Assembly (NCBI GenBank): GCA_047495785.1
Contig: JBLDXI010000019.1
Coordinates: forward strand, 2,480,001 to 2,544,000
Reading direction: 5' to 3'
Source: Lepidodermella squamata
Lineage: Eukaryota > Animalia > Gastrotricha
Length of the DNA: 64,000 bases
The position numbers and the translations under genes are program-made. Every line of letters starts with the position of its first letter. Position 1 is the first letter of the stretch. Positions 1-14,000 of this stretch are shown here, one piece after another. Below the pieces are notes generated by a model. It did no database searches. It was not told the origin of the DNA and worked only from the letters and a program-made list of their open reading frames with translations.

Positions 1-2083
1 CAGTTTTTACTGGACGAGGGCTGCTGATTAGGGGCTCGATTCGCGCCCCTTCGTCTCGGCATCAGCATATCAATGATGAAGATTCGATTGGAGCAATAAG
101 CAGTAGGTGAGACTTTGTTCTTTAAAAAACACGACGAGATAATGTGAAGACGTTAAAAATGTTGTCGTTGCCGGTTTTTAATAAAATTTACAACCAGGTA
201 ATATCTCGTACATTTAAAACACGTGCTTATCCTAGACAATCAGGAATACAATCAGTGTGGCGAAAATTCTAGGGCAATTAGAGTCGCTGATGATGATGAT
301 GGACGCTTTGTCGAGCGTGATCGGTCGGTGAATTTTTGACAAACAGTCAAGTTGAGTGGTAAACAATCGGTGGCTTAATAAACAAATTAAAAACGCAGAG
401 TCGCTTTTTTGGAGGCGGCGAAAATGCGCGCGTCGATTGCGCGCACATCGTGTGACCACAACCACTACACAATAACTGTGGGGTCAATTAAATTTCGCAC
501 ATCATCGGCAAACACGCGCACCTTTTGCGCGCGCACCCCCCTCCACCTTAATAATAAAACTATTATCGCCATATTATGAGCGCCGAGTATCTCTTGTTTT
601 TGCAGCAGCAGCTGTTGATTGCCGAGCTGAGGCGTGGAATGTGCGCGCTTTATTTGCGCTTCTTCGAAATATAAGATGGCAAAATTTTTCGTTAAATGTC
701 GCTAAAATGGCTATTTGCTCGGCGACCCCGCACACTCGTAAATCAGTAGTGTTGACACTGTGTGTTCGTATCATCGTATCATATCATCGCGATACTAACC
801 TTGCACACGGGTGTTGCGCGCGCGCGCAGCAGCAAACATTGTCACACACTTTACTTTGTCATGGAACTCATCAGCCTTAATTTTAATAGGTAGCTCAGCT
901 AATAGGAATATTCAGCGCGAATACACATTTGCACGTTCAAGGTCAAGCTGATGGCGCTGAACATTTTAATATTAAGCTGGACATGGCAAAAACCAACACT
1001 TAACAACGGACCGGATGACGTATAAATTGAGGTATCATCATCATCACCACCACCACCACCAACGTATAGTGGTGAAGATGCGCCCATGATAATTTGAAAA
1101 TTGCGCACATTATTTGACAACGGCGCCGGTTTTGACAGCATCATCGCAGCGCGCAGAAAATTCGAGTCGTCGTCGTCTCGTCGCGTTTTATCAGCCGACG
1201 TTTTTATAGACGCTCAACATGATGATGATGAGCGTTACACATTGTCCAGGTGATCATCGCCGTTGTTTTAACTACGTGGTCAAGTATCGCGCGCGCATGC
1301 CGACTTTTCAGTGAGAGAGACCGCAAAAGCGAGCTGCTGGGTTTCATTGTTTGCGAACAACTTGCTCATTCCCAGGCCGTGGCTGTTATTGTGAATTTAG
1401 TCGTCGAAATTGTCGAAGCAAACATGACCTAAAAATTAGTGCACGCCCATAAGCCTGGATGCAGCCTTGTCGTAATTAGGTCACGACACAACATTCCAGG
1501 TCACATTACACGAGTTATTGCAAATTAATTAAAACGCTAATACCTTCAGCCGAATGCAAATTATTACAAATTTTCGCCTTGTTTGCTGAATAAAATAAAT
1601 TTAGGATATATTCGGGAAAATGGAAAATGAAATGAAAATAATAAAATGAAGGAAAAGAGAAGTGGGAATGGCGGAGAAAATTTACGAAATCCTCGAAAAA
1701 AATGGGAAAATATTCACATTAAATTTTGTTAATTTCGAAGTCTCAACGGTTGTTTTCCACTGATTTTTTCAATTTTTTCACGATGTTTCATTAAAAAATC
1801 GATTTCGCTGTTTCGCTTCAAATTTATTTTTATTTCCTATTTATTTTTCTCAAATCGACAACACGCATCAAGTAAACAAACAAGTTACACAATAGCTACG
1901 GTAATTTTTCGTGTCATTTTTTTTCGCTGAGCAATAAAACGAAAGGCTATCATGACCGCCAATCGTAGACGATATTTCACATCATCATTCATCCATAGCT
2001 TTTTAATAAACATTATATGTATTTTTTCAGAAAATTTACAAAATAACGTGAAAAGAGGTGAGATACAAGGAAAACAATTTTTC

Positions 2084-5000
2084 TTATTGCCTAGAAATTA
2101 GAGCTTGCATAGCTGGCCATTGGTAAGATCGGAATCCCTCGCGGTTAAGGTCGATCACATCACCCGGAGCGAGACTGGAGCGTCCCGTTGAATAAGTTAC
2201 CGACAACTGGTTCGGCGAAAACGGGCCCGGGTTTGACCCGGTCGCCGTCGGGATGACGAGGCGCTCCTGCGGGGTGACGGGTGAGTCAGCGTAGTGGAAC
2301 CCTAACACGTCACCCTGTTGCGCCTTGATGCGCCCTAGGGTGTCTGCGATGATAACAGCGTTCAGCCCAGTCCATTGCACGATGACCTCGTTAGAACCGA
2401 TCAGCTGGTACCGGCGTGATCCCAACGCGTCGACAGGGCGCCACACATCGACGAACACGGCGTTGCCAGCCACCGCGCGGCTATAGAACACCCAGGCGAC
2501 GATGGTGCCGTTACACGACACTTTCATATCGGTGAAAATGTGGGCCGATGAGCTGACATTTGTCAACGCGTCATTAGTCACATCGCTTCCGACCTTGCAA
2601 TCTAATAAAATAAAAAAAATAAAGAATTTAAATGAGTTGTCTATAATTAGCGTAAAAAAACGAAGGATGGGCAATTTTTGGGTCAATACTAGGCATGCAT
2701 ATCAATCAACTCGTCTCGTTTCGCTCTTCATTTCTACATACACCTTAAAATCCTTTTTCAGGGGAAATTTTTGACTGATTTCACCACATGCACCACAACA
2801 ACAGCTTTTTTAAAACAAACAATCAGTTGTCCGATTTTGCCGAGGTTGAATCCTGACTTCGTCTTCGATTTTCCCATTTTCTGTTTTGATTTCCGAAGTT
2901 TCATTGAGAGGAAGACCCCGCTTACCAACAGGGCCTCTATTTACTTCCTCATAGAAAAGCGCTGGATTTTTCCAAATTTTTTTTTCAATAAAAGGTTCGA
3001 TCAAAATTTGGCGTAAAACAACCTGGTTCAATGCGGGGTGATTTCATGAGTGTCCGGCGTTGCGACTTACTTAGGCACATAGGTAAGGGTGAGGTCCACT
3101 GGCCATTGGCCTGGCATACGACTACTGAAGAGCCGTATTGAGAACGGCCTTGGTTGCATTCGTACCGAACAGTGTCCATCGCTTGCGAGCGGCGTCTGGC
3201 AATGTCCCAACTTGTGATTGGAGTCGCGCCCGCGACGAATGGGACCTCGCCACAAGTCTCGGCTGACATGACCAAGTTAGCACCTGAAAAATTAAAAATG
3301 GAATTTTCAATTTAAATTTAAATTTCATATTTTTGAAAAATTAACAATTTAAATTTCACTTGAAAAGTTTTCATTTAAAAACTTCAATTACTTCGGAATT
3401 TTACAAAAACAAACATTTCACGAACATATTTGAAATTTCCGACACCGACATACAATGTCCTGAAAAATCCTTTTAACATTTTCATGCATAGACTTGACAA
3501 CGTGGGGTGATACAACAACAATTTTTCGATTTCAAGACCTCTTTTCCTCGCTGAAGTTGCCTCAGTAACATTCTGGAAGTCAGCATAGGCTTGGGTACAC
3601 GACGGCTGTTGCGGCGGCGGTGGGTACCACATGCCATCAGAGCCACAAGATAGGAAAACAGTGGGACCAACTAGCATGTAACCCGGGTCACAGGTCACCA
3701 CGACGTAGGTCGCATGAGACGCCGGGTATGAGGTTTGAGCGTTCGGTATTACAGGAGGGGGTCCACAAGTAGGTGGCGGGCCGGTTTGGTAGGGGTTCGC
3801 GTCTGGCGGGAACCCGGGCGGGGTGATCGGGGCGCCGTTATCCGGCACCCCTGGTACCAAGGTGGCGCTGCCTACATTGATAGGGAACCCGTTGTAATTA
3901 GCCGGGTCCTGGTCCGGATCGGGTAGGCCACCCTGGGAATTCCCGACCTGGGCATAACCCGGTCCCATTGATCCGTACTGGTTAGAACCACCCATGGGAG
4001 GGCCCCCGGGTCTATGGTGACCCGGGCCCATTCCCATCCCACCGTGACCCCCATAACCAGGCATAGACCCTACTACTATCCCGCCGTATTGAGGTATGTA
4101 GTAATCAGCTGGCCCGGTGCAAGCCGGTGGCCAAGCGCTAGGCACCCATGACCCGTAAGGGCTACACTTATACCTCTTTCGCCCAATTAGGTGGTAACCC
4201 AGGTCACACCCGGCAAAGGCGGTGGCGCCCGGTAATACCCCGGTGCAAATTATTACACCATGGTTGATATTAGGCGGGGGTGGGCACATTTGATTCGGAA
4301 CTGTTTGGTTCTGGGATGGAGGGGGTGTTATAGGGCGAATGGTGATTATTGGAGGGGTGGAAATGGTAGGGGTGGTTGTCGTAGTGGTTGTGGTAGTAGT
4401 AGTGCTAACATAGGGGCATGGAGTGGTGGTGATAGGATCTAAATATAACATTAAAAAAATCCGCAAAATTTGATAAAAAAAATATCGAATATCAGGGTTG
4501 CAATGAAGCTCTTACCTGGAACCTTTGCACAGATCGGAGGTCCCGAGCTCCACATGCCACTAGGTGTGCAAACTAGCACTCCAGCTCCTTGCATTGTGTA
4601 TCTAACGAATCAAAATTAATGAATGGATTTTTTTCAAAGATATTCTTTCCTCACCCTGGATTGCAGGAATAGGTCACCTGACTGCCAACTGAAGTTCCGG
4701 TAAATACCAATAGCCCGTTGGGAATCTCAGTCGGAGGTGGGCAAGTCACTTGGGGAGTCGTAGTAGGAGCTGTGTAATGTTAAATCAGAATTTTTCGAGT
4801 TGTTGAAACAACTTTGGGAGACAAAACTTACGAACGCAAGTTGCCGGTGGGTAGCTCCAGGTTCCGTCGGCTTGGCAAAATACGATTTGCTGGCCTTGAA
4901 GAACGAATCCAGGGTTACAAGTGTAGACGGCGATTGAACTTGGCGTTAGGGCGGCGTAATACACCTGACCGCCTATCACTTGGCCAGGAGCCGGACATTT

Positions 5001-8000
5001 AGTAGCTAAAATTGAAAAATTGAGAAATAATTGAAATTTAGATATCAAATGAATTCAAAATTTCAATATGATGAAAATTTTGAAATTTAAAAATTTATTT
5101 CAAATTCAAAAAATTCAATAATTCTTAATTTCCCAAATATTCATGAATTAAATTTTTTAATTAATTAAAAATTTAAATTAATTAAAATACTTAAAATGGA
5201 ATAAAATGCGGAAAAACGCGCAATATACGAGCCATGTAGCAAGTTTATTTGCGAAACATACAACCTAGATTCAATAGAAGTACATGGACTATATATCGGT
5301 GCCCGCGGATCCCTGACAACAGAAGCCGTAAAACTTCTGCGCGATTATGGAATCAACGCCGGCACAGCCATCGATATCGCTTCACAGGCCCTCAAAGACA
5401 GTATTCGAATTCTTCACCACCATCTATATTCCAACCAACGATAAATAACCAATACTTATTACTAAGAAATATCACCTATACTGAAGTTAATTAATTCATA
5501 TCTCTGTGTCTTAAAGGCAATGTTACTAAGAATTATGTAACGCAGACCACCAATAAATCGGTATCTCCCTCTATGAATTCTAAATTTTATTTTTTTTTTC
5601 GAATTTCTTTCCTGAATTTCAAGCTGGACTCACATTCGACACAAGTTGGCGGCATGTTGCTCCACGACCCATCAGGTTGGCAAGTCGCGCTGGCCTGGCC
5701 ATTCAGCACGTAATTCGTCTGGCAGCTATAAGTCGCCGCCGAGCCGACATTCAACGACGCATACGTCACATCCGAATTCGGATTAACCATCGGCCGCGGG
5801 CATTTTATCGGCAGCCTGCAGACACCCTGGAAGTCAGTCCAAGTGCCGTTCGGTAGGCAAGTTATCGTTGCAGATCCGCTGAGCTGGTAATCGCCGGAGC
5901 AAACGTAACTCGCGGTGGAACCCGGCATTTGGCCGGTGGTACCGGATAGTACCGCGTTTGGAACCGTGGGCGGGGTGGCGCACATTGGCATGGTGCATAG
6001 CGGCGGTTTTGACCAGGAGCCGTCTTGCATGCAGGTCGCGAAGGTCGGCCCGGATAGGACGAAGTTAGCGTCGCAGTAATACGTCACAGTTGAACCGATT
6101 AGGGTGGATGAGTAATCAGTGCGGCCGTTTGCAATTGCCGATGGAACTGGGCACTGTAATTCTACAAAAACGAATAAATTACACATTTTTTAATCTTAAA
6201 TTCTTTCAATTTCGTTTGAATTTAATCAGATATACAGACATCCAAAAATTGTAAAAAATAAAAAAATTGAGATTCCACAAAAAAAACAAATAAAAATAAT
6301 TTAGAATTTTTGAGTTTTCAATAAACTTGAAAATTAGCCTTAATTTTATTCATTTCACATGTAAATTTAAATTCGAGTTCCGGCTCTGGTTTTTCCCAAA
6401 ATATTGCTGTTTCAAATAATTATGCAATAAATTCGGCACTGAAAAATATTTAATTTCAAAAATATTTCCATAAAATTGTCAAAAAAGTCCAGGAAATAAC
6501 AATTGTTCAACTTACGGCTGCATGAAGGCGGTCCAGTCCAGGTTCCATCTTGCTGACAAGTAGCCATAGGATCACCAGCCAGTAGGTACCCAGCATTACA
6601 GGTATAACTTGCCCGCGCACTAAAATCAGTGCCGCTGTAATCAACTCGACCGTTCGCAATCTGCGGCGGAATACCACATCCACGCGCTGAAAAACATGAT
6701 ATGCTCAATTTTTATGACGTAATTAGAGATATATATTGCTGGATAGAGGAAAGTCAGCTGATTCGAATGATATATGTCTCTAAATACATGAAAAATTTAT
6801 GAAAACTTACGTTTACAAACCGGTCCAGCTGACCATATGCCGTCTTCCTGGCAGATGATAACCGGCGGTCCGGAGAGCAGGTAACCCGTGTCGCAGGACA
6901 CCTGGGCGACGGAACCAGCCGAGTACCGCTTGACCGTGATGATGCCATTCATCGGCGGGATGGGTTCCGGGCATTGCAGGGCTGAAAAAGTTGTCACATA
7001 AGTTGGCGGCGTAGTTGGCACTACAACAATAGTGGGACACGGGGTGCTGGTGGGCGGCGTCACGGGCGGGGGTACGGTAACAGGGGGCGGGGCCGTGGTC
7101 ACATTGATACAGGGCGGGGGCGGTACCGGCGTTGGAGCCGGCGTTGGAACCGTAGGCAGGGTTAACGCGGTCCACAACGGCCCGTCCGGCATGGTTACGG
7201 TAGGTAAATTCGGCGGTAACATAGGCATACCCGAATTCGCCGGCGTGCAGTTCATCATCGAAAATAAACAGCCGAAATAATTCGGCAGAAGGACGAAATA
7301 CATGATTGATTGTCCGCCTTGAAAAATCTTCTTCCCCTGAGTAAAATTTGTTAACCAGAGGCTCAACTCATTGCAATTAGGGACATGTACAATTTACGAG
7401 TTTTCCATCTTATCAGATTTGTGTTTTCTTCGTTAGGCGCGTTGTTGTTTGTCAACAATTAGGCATGCTAAATGCTTTCGTGATGGCGCCGCATTCGAGC
7501 CGTGTTTTTGACACCTTAAGCGCGTAAATGAGCGCGCGCGTAATTAATCAATTAATCAGCATCGGAAGCAGAGGAATCAACACGTATCATGCCGCATAAG
7601 CCTGGAAATCATAATTACATACCGGCATCTAACAATGAATAATTTTCCGATTTTTCGAATGGTAGAAAGCATGATAAAAATTCCATTGTTATTACCGTAA
7701 TGCGGGGTACAATTTTGGACAGGACACAAGTTATAAAATTTACAGGTTTTCAAAGTTGAAAATTTGATTCTTAAAAAATCGGATTTTCTTTAAATTTCCT
7801 TTTCACATCCTCATGGCTTTGAGCTTTGAGAATTAATCTCGCAAAAATATTCACAAAAATCATTAATGGCGGAGGATGAAATTAATTGATGCGAAAGTAT
7901 GTCTCAGAGTCTAATCCAATGTATTTAATTAACCCAGCAGATTTAAAAAATTGAGTAGTGTATTAGTGTCGGCGAAATTGAGCCGTATTTCTGCAAAATT

Positions 8001-11000
8001 ATTTCTCGGCAGAAATGAATAATTTGAGAATTTATTGGCTAGTCTGCTTATTCATTACAGCCACGATGATAGACCCAACTGATTGTTTCGCCTTTTTTAA
8101 ACATATGAAAAAATTTATCCCCAAAAACAAATGGGAACCGGCGGCAGCAACGGCCAAACCAACGCTCGCAACGAGTTTGAAAATAAAATTGTTACGAATT
8201 CGAATTAAATTTTCCTATGATCTAAACTATAGGCACTCAAACGCCTCAGCTGACGGTTGAACAGTTTCTGGAAATTCTTCGAAGCAATGCAAAAGTTTTG
8301 AAGGCCGACAAAGCAACAATGTCACGGATTATAATTGAACTTCTTTCGTGAAAAATTGTCCCTTCAACGAATTTTCTTGAAATATCAAAGTCAAAACATG
8401 GGATGTTAAGAGTGCGAAAAAATGGGAAATGAGATACAGTAGAAGCTGTATAATCCGAACCCCAGCAATGCGGACAGCGGCCTAGTCCGGACGATTTTAG
8501 GGCGACGGACAGAGATTACGTTATAACATGCGGCCATCGCGCTCTTTAAGGCGGACAGCTTCTTAATGCGGACGCGTGCTAATACGGCCAGTTTTCTAGC
8601 TACAGTCGCACTGTCCATATGGTTATTTTAGGCTCTTTAATGCGGACACCGCGGACACCCCTCAACTCCATGTCTCCGAGTGGGTTATGGATATTGTCAC
8701 AAATCTTCGCTTACTTGGCCTCAAGTTACAAATTGTGTGTAAAAACCACTCAAATCTAACTAAAGAGCGCGCTAATTAGAAAAGCAAACAGTACCTGCGC
8801 GTAAAAAGGGGGGCTAATCCTGTCCGCTGAGGCCGTTTCAAGGGGCGCCTCGGAATATTAGGGATCGCCCAATGCGGACAGCGCGCTAAGGCGGACAAAT
8901 TTTCCGCGACCGATGGTGTCCAGATTATACAGCTTCTACTGTAATAAAATGTGATCAGCATATTATTCTAAAACTTGAAATTTTATTTCGCTTCTAGCAG
9001 GTCCATTTTCCATTATTTTCGAGATGGATTTTTTTACAGAATTTCTATCCGTTTATGACTGTGTACGCGAAAATTGATATTCGTACTTAGTTTTCAAAAA
9101 ATATTTCTGAGATCAAAACTTTCTCAATTTGAATCCGATCAGTAATTCCAACACTTTTCCAAATTGCCAAAAATCAGGGCAAAAAAAGAAAAATTCCCGA
9201 ATTCACAGGAAAATCATTGATCACGTTGCCAGGATTGATTGATCAAAAGTTGATTTTCTATACCTTCAAGGCGTTGCGTAGAGTTTCTCCGATTATTAAG
9301 GATGTATGATAAATTTAATTGATATCAAATAAGCCTTCGAGTCTAATCCATTGGAAGTAATAAAACCCAGATTTTATAATACGTTAGTCTGAAAAGAAAA
9401 TCAGTCATAATATTTTTAACGCATCAAATTTTCCGCCGGAAATGCATAAGCTTGCTTTGTATTGCGCAGTTTACTTTGTCATTCATTCTGTAACAATTAG
9501 CTCGTCGCCCATTTCTCTACAGTTTTTTAGAAATAAATTGAAGACAATGGTCCAAACCACAACCCAAATCACGCCAACGAGTTTGATTTTCGCGACTTAA
9601 ATTTGCAAGAAATTAAATTGAATTTTCCTTCAAAAGTAGCCACCCCAAAGCCAGAGCTGACGGTTGAAGAGTTTCTGGAAATTCTTCGAAGCAATGCAAA
9701 AGTTTTGAAAGCCGACAAACCAACGAGGTCACGGATTCTAAATGAACTTCTTTCGTGAAAAACCGCTTGAAATTGTCACTCTACGATTTTTTTTTTAATT
9801 TTTAAATTGAATGTCATGGGATTTGGTGAGAGAGAATAAAAGGGAGTTGGGTTAATATAATTCGATTGCTTATTATTCTGAAATTTTTTAAATTTTATAT
9901 AAAATTAGTTTTTAATAGGGACAACGTGGGAAAAATAATTTGTTCCAAACAAATTCCTTTGACCCATTAATTTAGAGCCATCGGACTTTTCAAAATAATA
10001 GCCAGGAAATACGAAGGAATTATGAGGGAAATAGGGGAAAAGTGTTTGCCTACCTTGACAGGTTGGCAGGGCGCCATTCCACTCGCCATTGGCTCCGCAA
10101 ACCAGTACAGAAGTGCCGCGCAACGAATAGCCAGAATCGCAGCGAAACTGCGCGGTTGCGCCGACTCTCAGCGACGTGAATTCAACGCGGCCGTTTTCAA
10201 TCGAACTCGGCAGCGAACACTCGCGAGCCACGCATTTCGGCGGCGCACTCCACGCCCCGTTCGATTGACACATGATACCGCCACCTGTGCCGTTTGAAGC
10301 AATTTGGAAGCCCTCGGCGCAACGGTAGACTGCGGAATTTCCGATTTTGTAACCGTCGATTTTGAACAGCTGGCCGTTTTCAATTTGTGGGACCTGGGGG
10401 CACGTGACCTCTTTGCACACCGGAAACGCTGGCGACCATGTGCCATCCTCGCGACATTGGACCTAAAAATTCAAAAATGTAAAAATTTAATTTAAATAAA
10501 TTTTAAATTTTAAAATTGAATAAAAAAGTTCGGGTTTTAAGCACCTGCTGCAATGTATCGAAAAGCTTCCCATCAATATTTGTCAAGATATATCCGAAAT
10601 CGCAGGAGAAACTCAACGTGGCGCCGTAGGTCAGGCTTGAAAATGCGACCCGGCCGTGTTGAATTTCAAAGGGCTGAGGGCAGGTGATAGGGCCACAAAT
10701 CGGCGGTTTGCCCCAGTTGCCGTCGGGTTGACACGCGACGTTTGCTGAGCCGAACAGCGTGTAGCCAACATTGCATCGGTACTCGGCTCCGGAACCGGGT
10801 AGGGAGGATAGGAAGGCGACTTGGCCATTCGTTATTTCAGGGGGACGACCACAATCGACCGCTACAATAATGAAATAATATTAAAAAATTTGAAAATTAA
10901 ACATTTTTCAAATTTTTTGAAAAATTAAAAAATTTCAAATTTTAAAAGAAATTTTAATGTTTTTCAAATTTCAATTACAATTTCAAATTAAGAATAATCA

Positions 11001-14000
11001 AAAATTGTCGAGAGAAACTATTTGAGCAATAAGACTTACGAATGCAGAGCGGAATAGCCGTCCAGGTTCCATCCGACTGGCAAGTGACCTGGTTGGGCGA
11101 CCCAGCCGGTAATTGGTAATTAGTCGCGCAAATAACGTCCGCAGTCGCTCCGATTTTTGTCGATCTCACAGCGATCTGGACATTACTCGACGCAGGCTGG
11201 TTAATCTTATCCGAACAATTGATTTCAACACAAACTGGCAGGTCAGACCACGAGCCGGATGGCGTGCACGTGACAGAGGCGTTGCGGCCGGTTACCATGG
11301 AATAACCGGGTTGGCAAGCGAATCGGAGGGTGGTGCCGATTGGGAATGGCTGCATGGATGCGATCATTTCCAAGGCGGGTGAAACTAGGGCGGAATTTGG
11401 GACACTAGGTATCGAGTCACAGGTCACAATTTCGCACGACCCGCCGGATGTCCACACACCGCTATCGGTGCAAGTTACCGTTTGAGGGCCTCGAATTTGA
11501 TAACCAGCACTAAAAAATTAAAAAATTAAAAATTAAAAAAAGTAATATTAAATTAAATTAAATTAATTAATCAATTAGTCAATAATTAATAGTTAACTAA
11601 CCTGCAAACATAAGCCGCAACAGCCCCTCGTCTAGTGCCTTCATATCGAACAACAGCGTTGCTAACCGCAGGTGGAACATCGCAATCCACAGCTGAAAAA
11701 TGATTAAAAAATAGTAATTTTTTTATTTATTAATTGATTTTTTTACGATTGCAACTCGGCGCCGTAGTCCAGGTTCCACCCTCGCTGCACACCGCCGTAC
11801 TGCTGCCGTGCATTTTGTAACCCAGGTCACACGAATAAGTCGCCAGGGCGCCTAAAAGGGTGCCGTTATACTTCGCCAAGCCGTAGCTAACACCGGGCGG
11901 GCGGCCGCAATCGATAGCTGAAAGATGAAAGCTGAATTTTTAGTCGATTTTTTCGAAGTAAAGTTACGTTGGCATGACGGCCCAGGTGACCAGAAACCGG
12001 CGTCCAGACAGGTGATTGTTGCGTTGCCAAGCATTTTATAGCCCTCGGAGCAGGCATAACTTGCAATAGAGCCAACTGTGGTACGTTCATTCGAGCCTTG
12101 AATCAATGTTGCGTGGTCAACTCTTGGGATATTTCCACAAGAAACGACTGAAAAAATAATTTGAAAATTTAAAATAATTATTTTTTATAAATTAAAAAAT
12201 ACCTATAATTGAAGGGACCGAGTAATAATTTTTTGGCATCGAGCCATCAGGTAATAAAAGCGGGGATAAAGTTAGCCGGGGTTTGGCCGCCCCGCGGTTA
12301 ACTATCCGATATCGCAGGTAACGGGGCCCTGATTTACGACTTTTCGCGCGTAAAATGTAGCTTTTTCGCGGCTGAAGGACAACATATCGATGCGAGATAG
12401 CGCCATAAGGCTTCGGCATTAAAAGCTTCAAAAATTCATTTTCCGTCAACTCGCGCGTTTTGCCGGCGAAAATCGAGCCGCACAAGCCGAAAATGATGAT
12501 TATAGAATAAATCAGCTCGAAGTAAATTATCATAGCGCGAGTAATAATTTTTTCAATTATTTCAAACCATGTTTACTCAACAGAAATGATATTATTATTA
12601 CTATGAGCACTGAGGTTTAACACATTTAACTCGCTAATTCTTTGTCGCAAAACGTTTACGATGCCAATTTCGAGACAATCGCTGGCTTTTGTTAGCTAAA
12701 TGAGGCGGTTATTGCAACGCCGCTTAGATACGCGTCAAAATTGCGAGCTGTAAATTTACAAGGTGCTTACAAATAAGCGCGGTAAAAATTGATAAGCTTG
12801 ATGCTTATTGTACCAACAGAACCGGAAGACAGCTATTTGTTTAAAACTTAGCACTCAAGAGTGCAAAATTTCAAAAATTTCAAAATTTCAAAATTTCAAA
12901 ATTTTAAATTTTTTGAAAAACCCAACAATAAATTAGGTAGAAACTGTTTAAATTTTTTTCAAAAATTGAATGAAATTTATTGCTTACGTTGGCAAGATGG
13001 TGGTTTGCTCCAGGAGCCGTCTTTTTGGCAGGTGACTTTGTCAGTTTGGGACGATAACCGGTAGCCAGGGCGGCATTTATAGATCAGGGTGGAGCCCAGA
13101 GTTTGACTAGATCCGAACACATCGCCGTTATCAATCGAAGGCGGAGTGCCACAATCAATTTCTAAAATTTGAAAGAAAATAAAAAAAACTGACGAAAACT
13201 GTCAGAGGAATTTGCACGTAATTGAAGATAGCGGTTCATGGAAGGGGTGGCTATAACCTAATAACGAAACTCTCCAGACAGCTTTCACTCAGCGAGCGAC
13301 TGTTGGTAACTGTGAATGGCTTTATGTTTATGTTCATCATTATGGATCGTAAATAAACGTGGTTTCTCGACGTCCTCCTCGATTCCCTTGCTGCGGTTCA
13401 TCAAATCGTCAACTTATATTGTCCTCCGTCGTCTAATTTAGACTTGAGGTTTCTCGGCACGAATTTGAGGAGGCTGGTCGCACCTGAAAGTTAAATCTCT
13501 GAGACGGACCTTGACGATCCCCAATTCAAATGGTCAACTTGGCAAACTGCTGCGGCTACATAGCTGAAAACTCCGCCATTTAGCAACTATTGGTTCAACT
13601 GGGCCGCGGTCCGGTTTTACCCGACGGACCGGCGTCTTTCTACTCTTGACATATAGCTGCTCAACTATGCTGAAAACAGGTTCGACAGTGACCACATCAG
13701 CAAGTTCATTCATTTCGAAGTTCCGAAGCTCGCCCCTCAGTTTGACGTTTCCCGTGCCGATCGCAAAGGCTATCAGCGCACTAGCTGGGAACTACTACTC
13801 AGTGCTGTAGCCCTTCTGAGACCCAACATTTCGCTCTGCCTTGCAAGCGGATTTGCCTCGTACCCTACGGCCCTGAAACCCTCAAACATTCTGACAGGTG
13901 CAATCTGAACCTTTCGAATGATATGCAGCACAACCAGCAGGACTTTCGACTTCAAACAACGCCAAAAGCTGTTTCACAACAGATTAAAAGCTGCTCCTCA

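Noticed and set aside
1-2000. Short ORFs in the CpG-rich first 2 kb
   Set aside because: No domain similarity or consistent splice structure; more likely intergenic or regulatory sequence.
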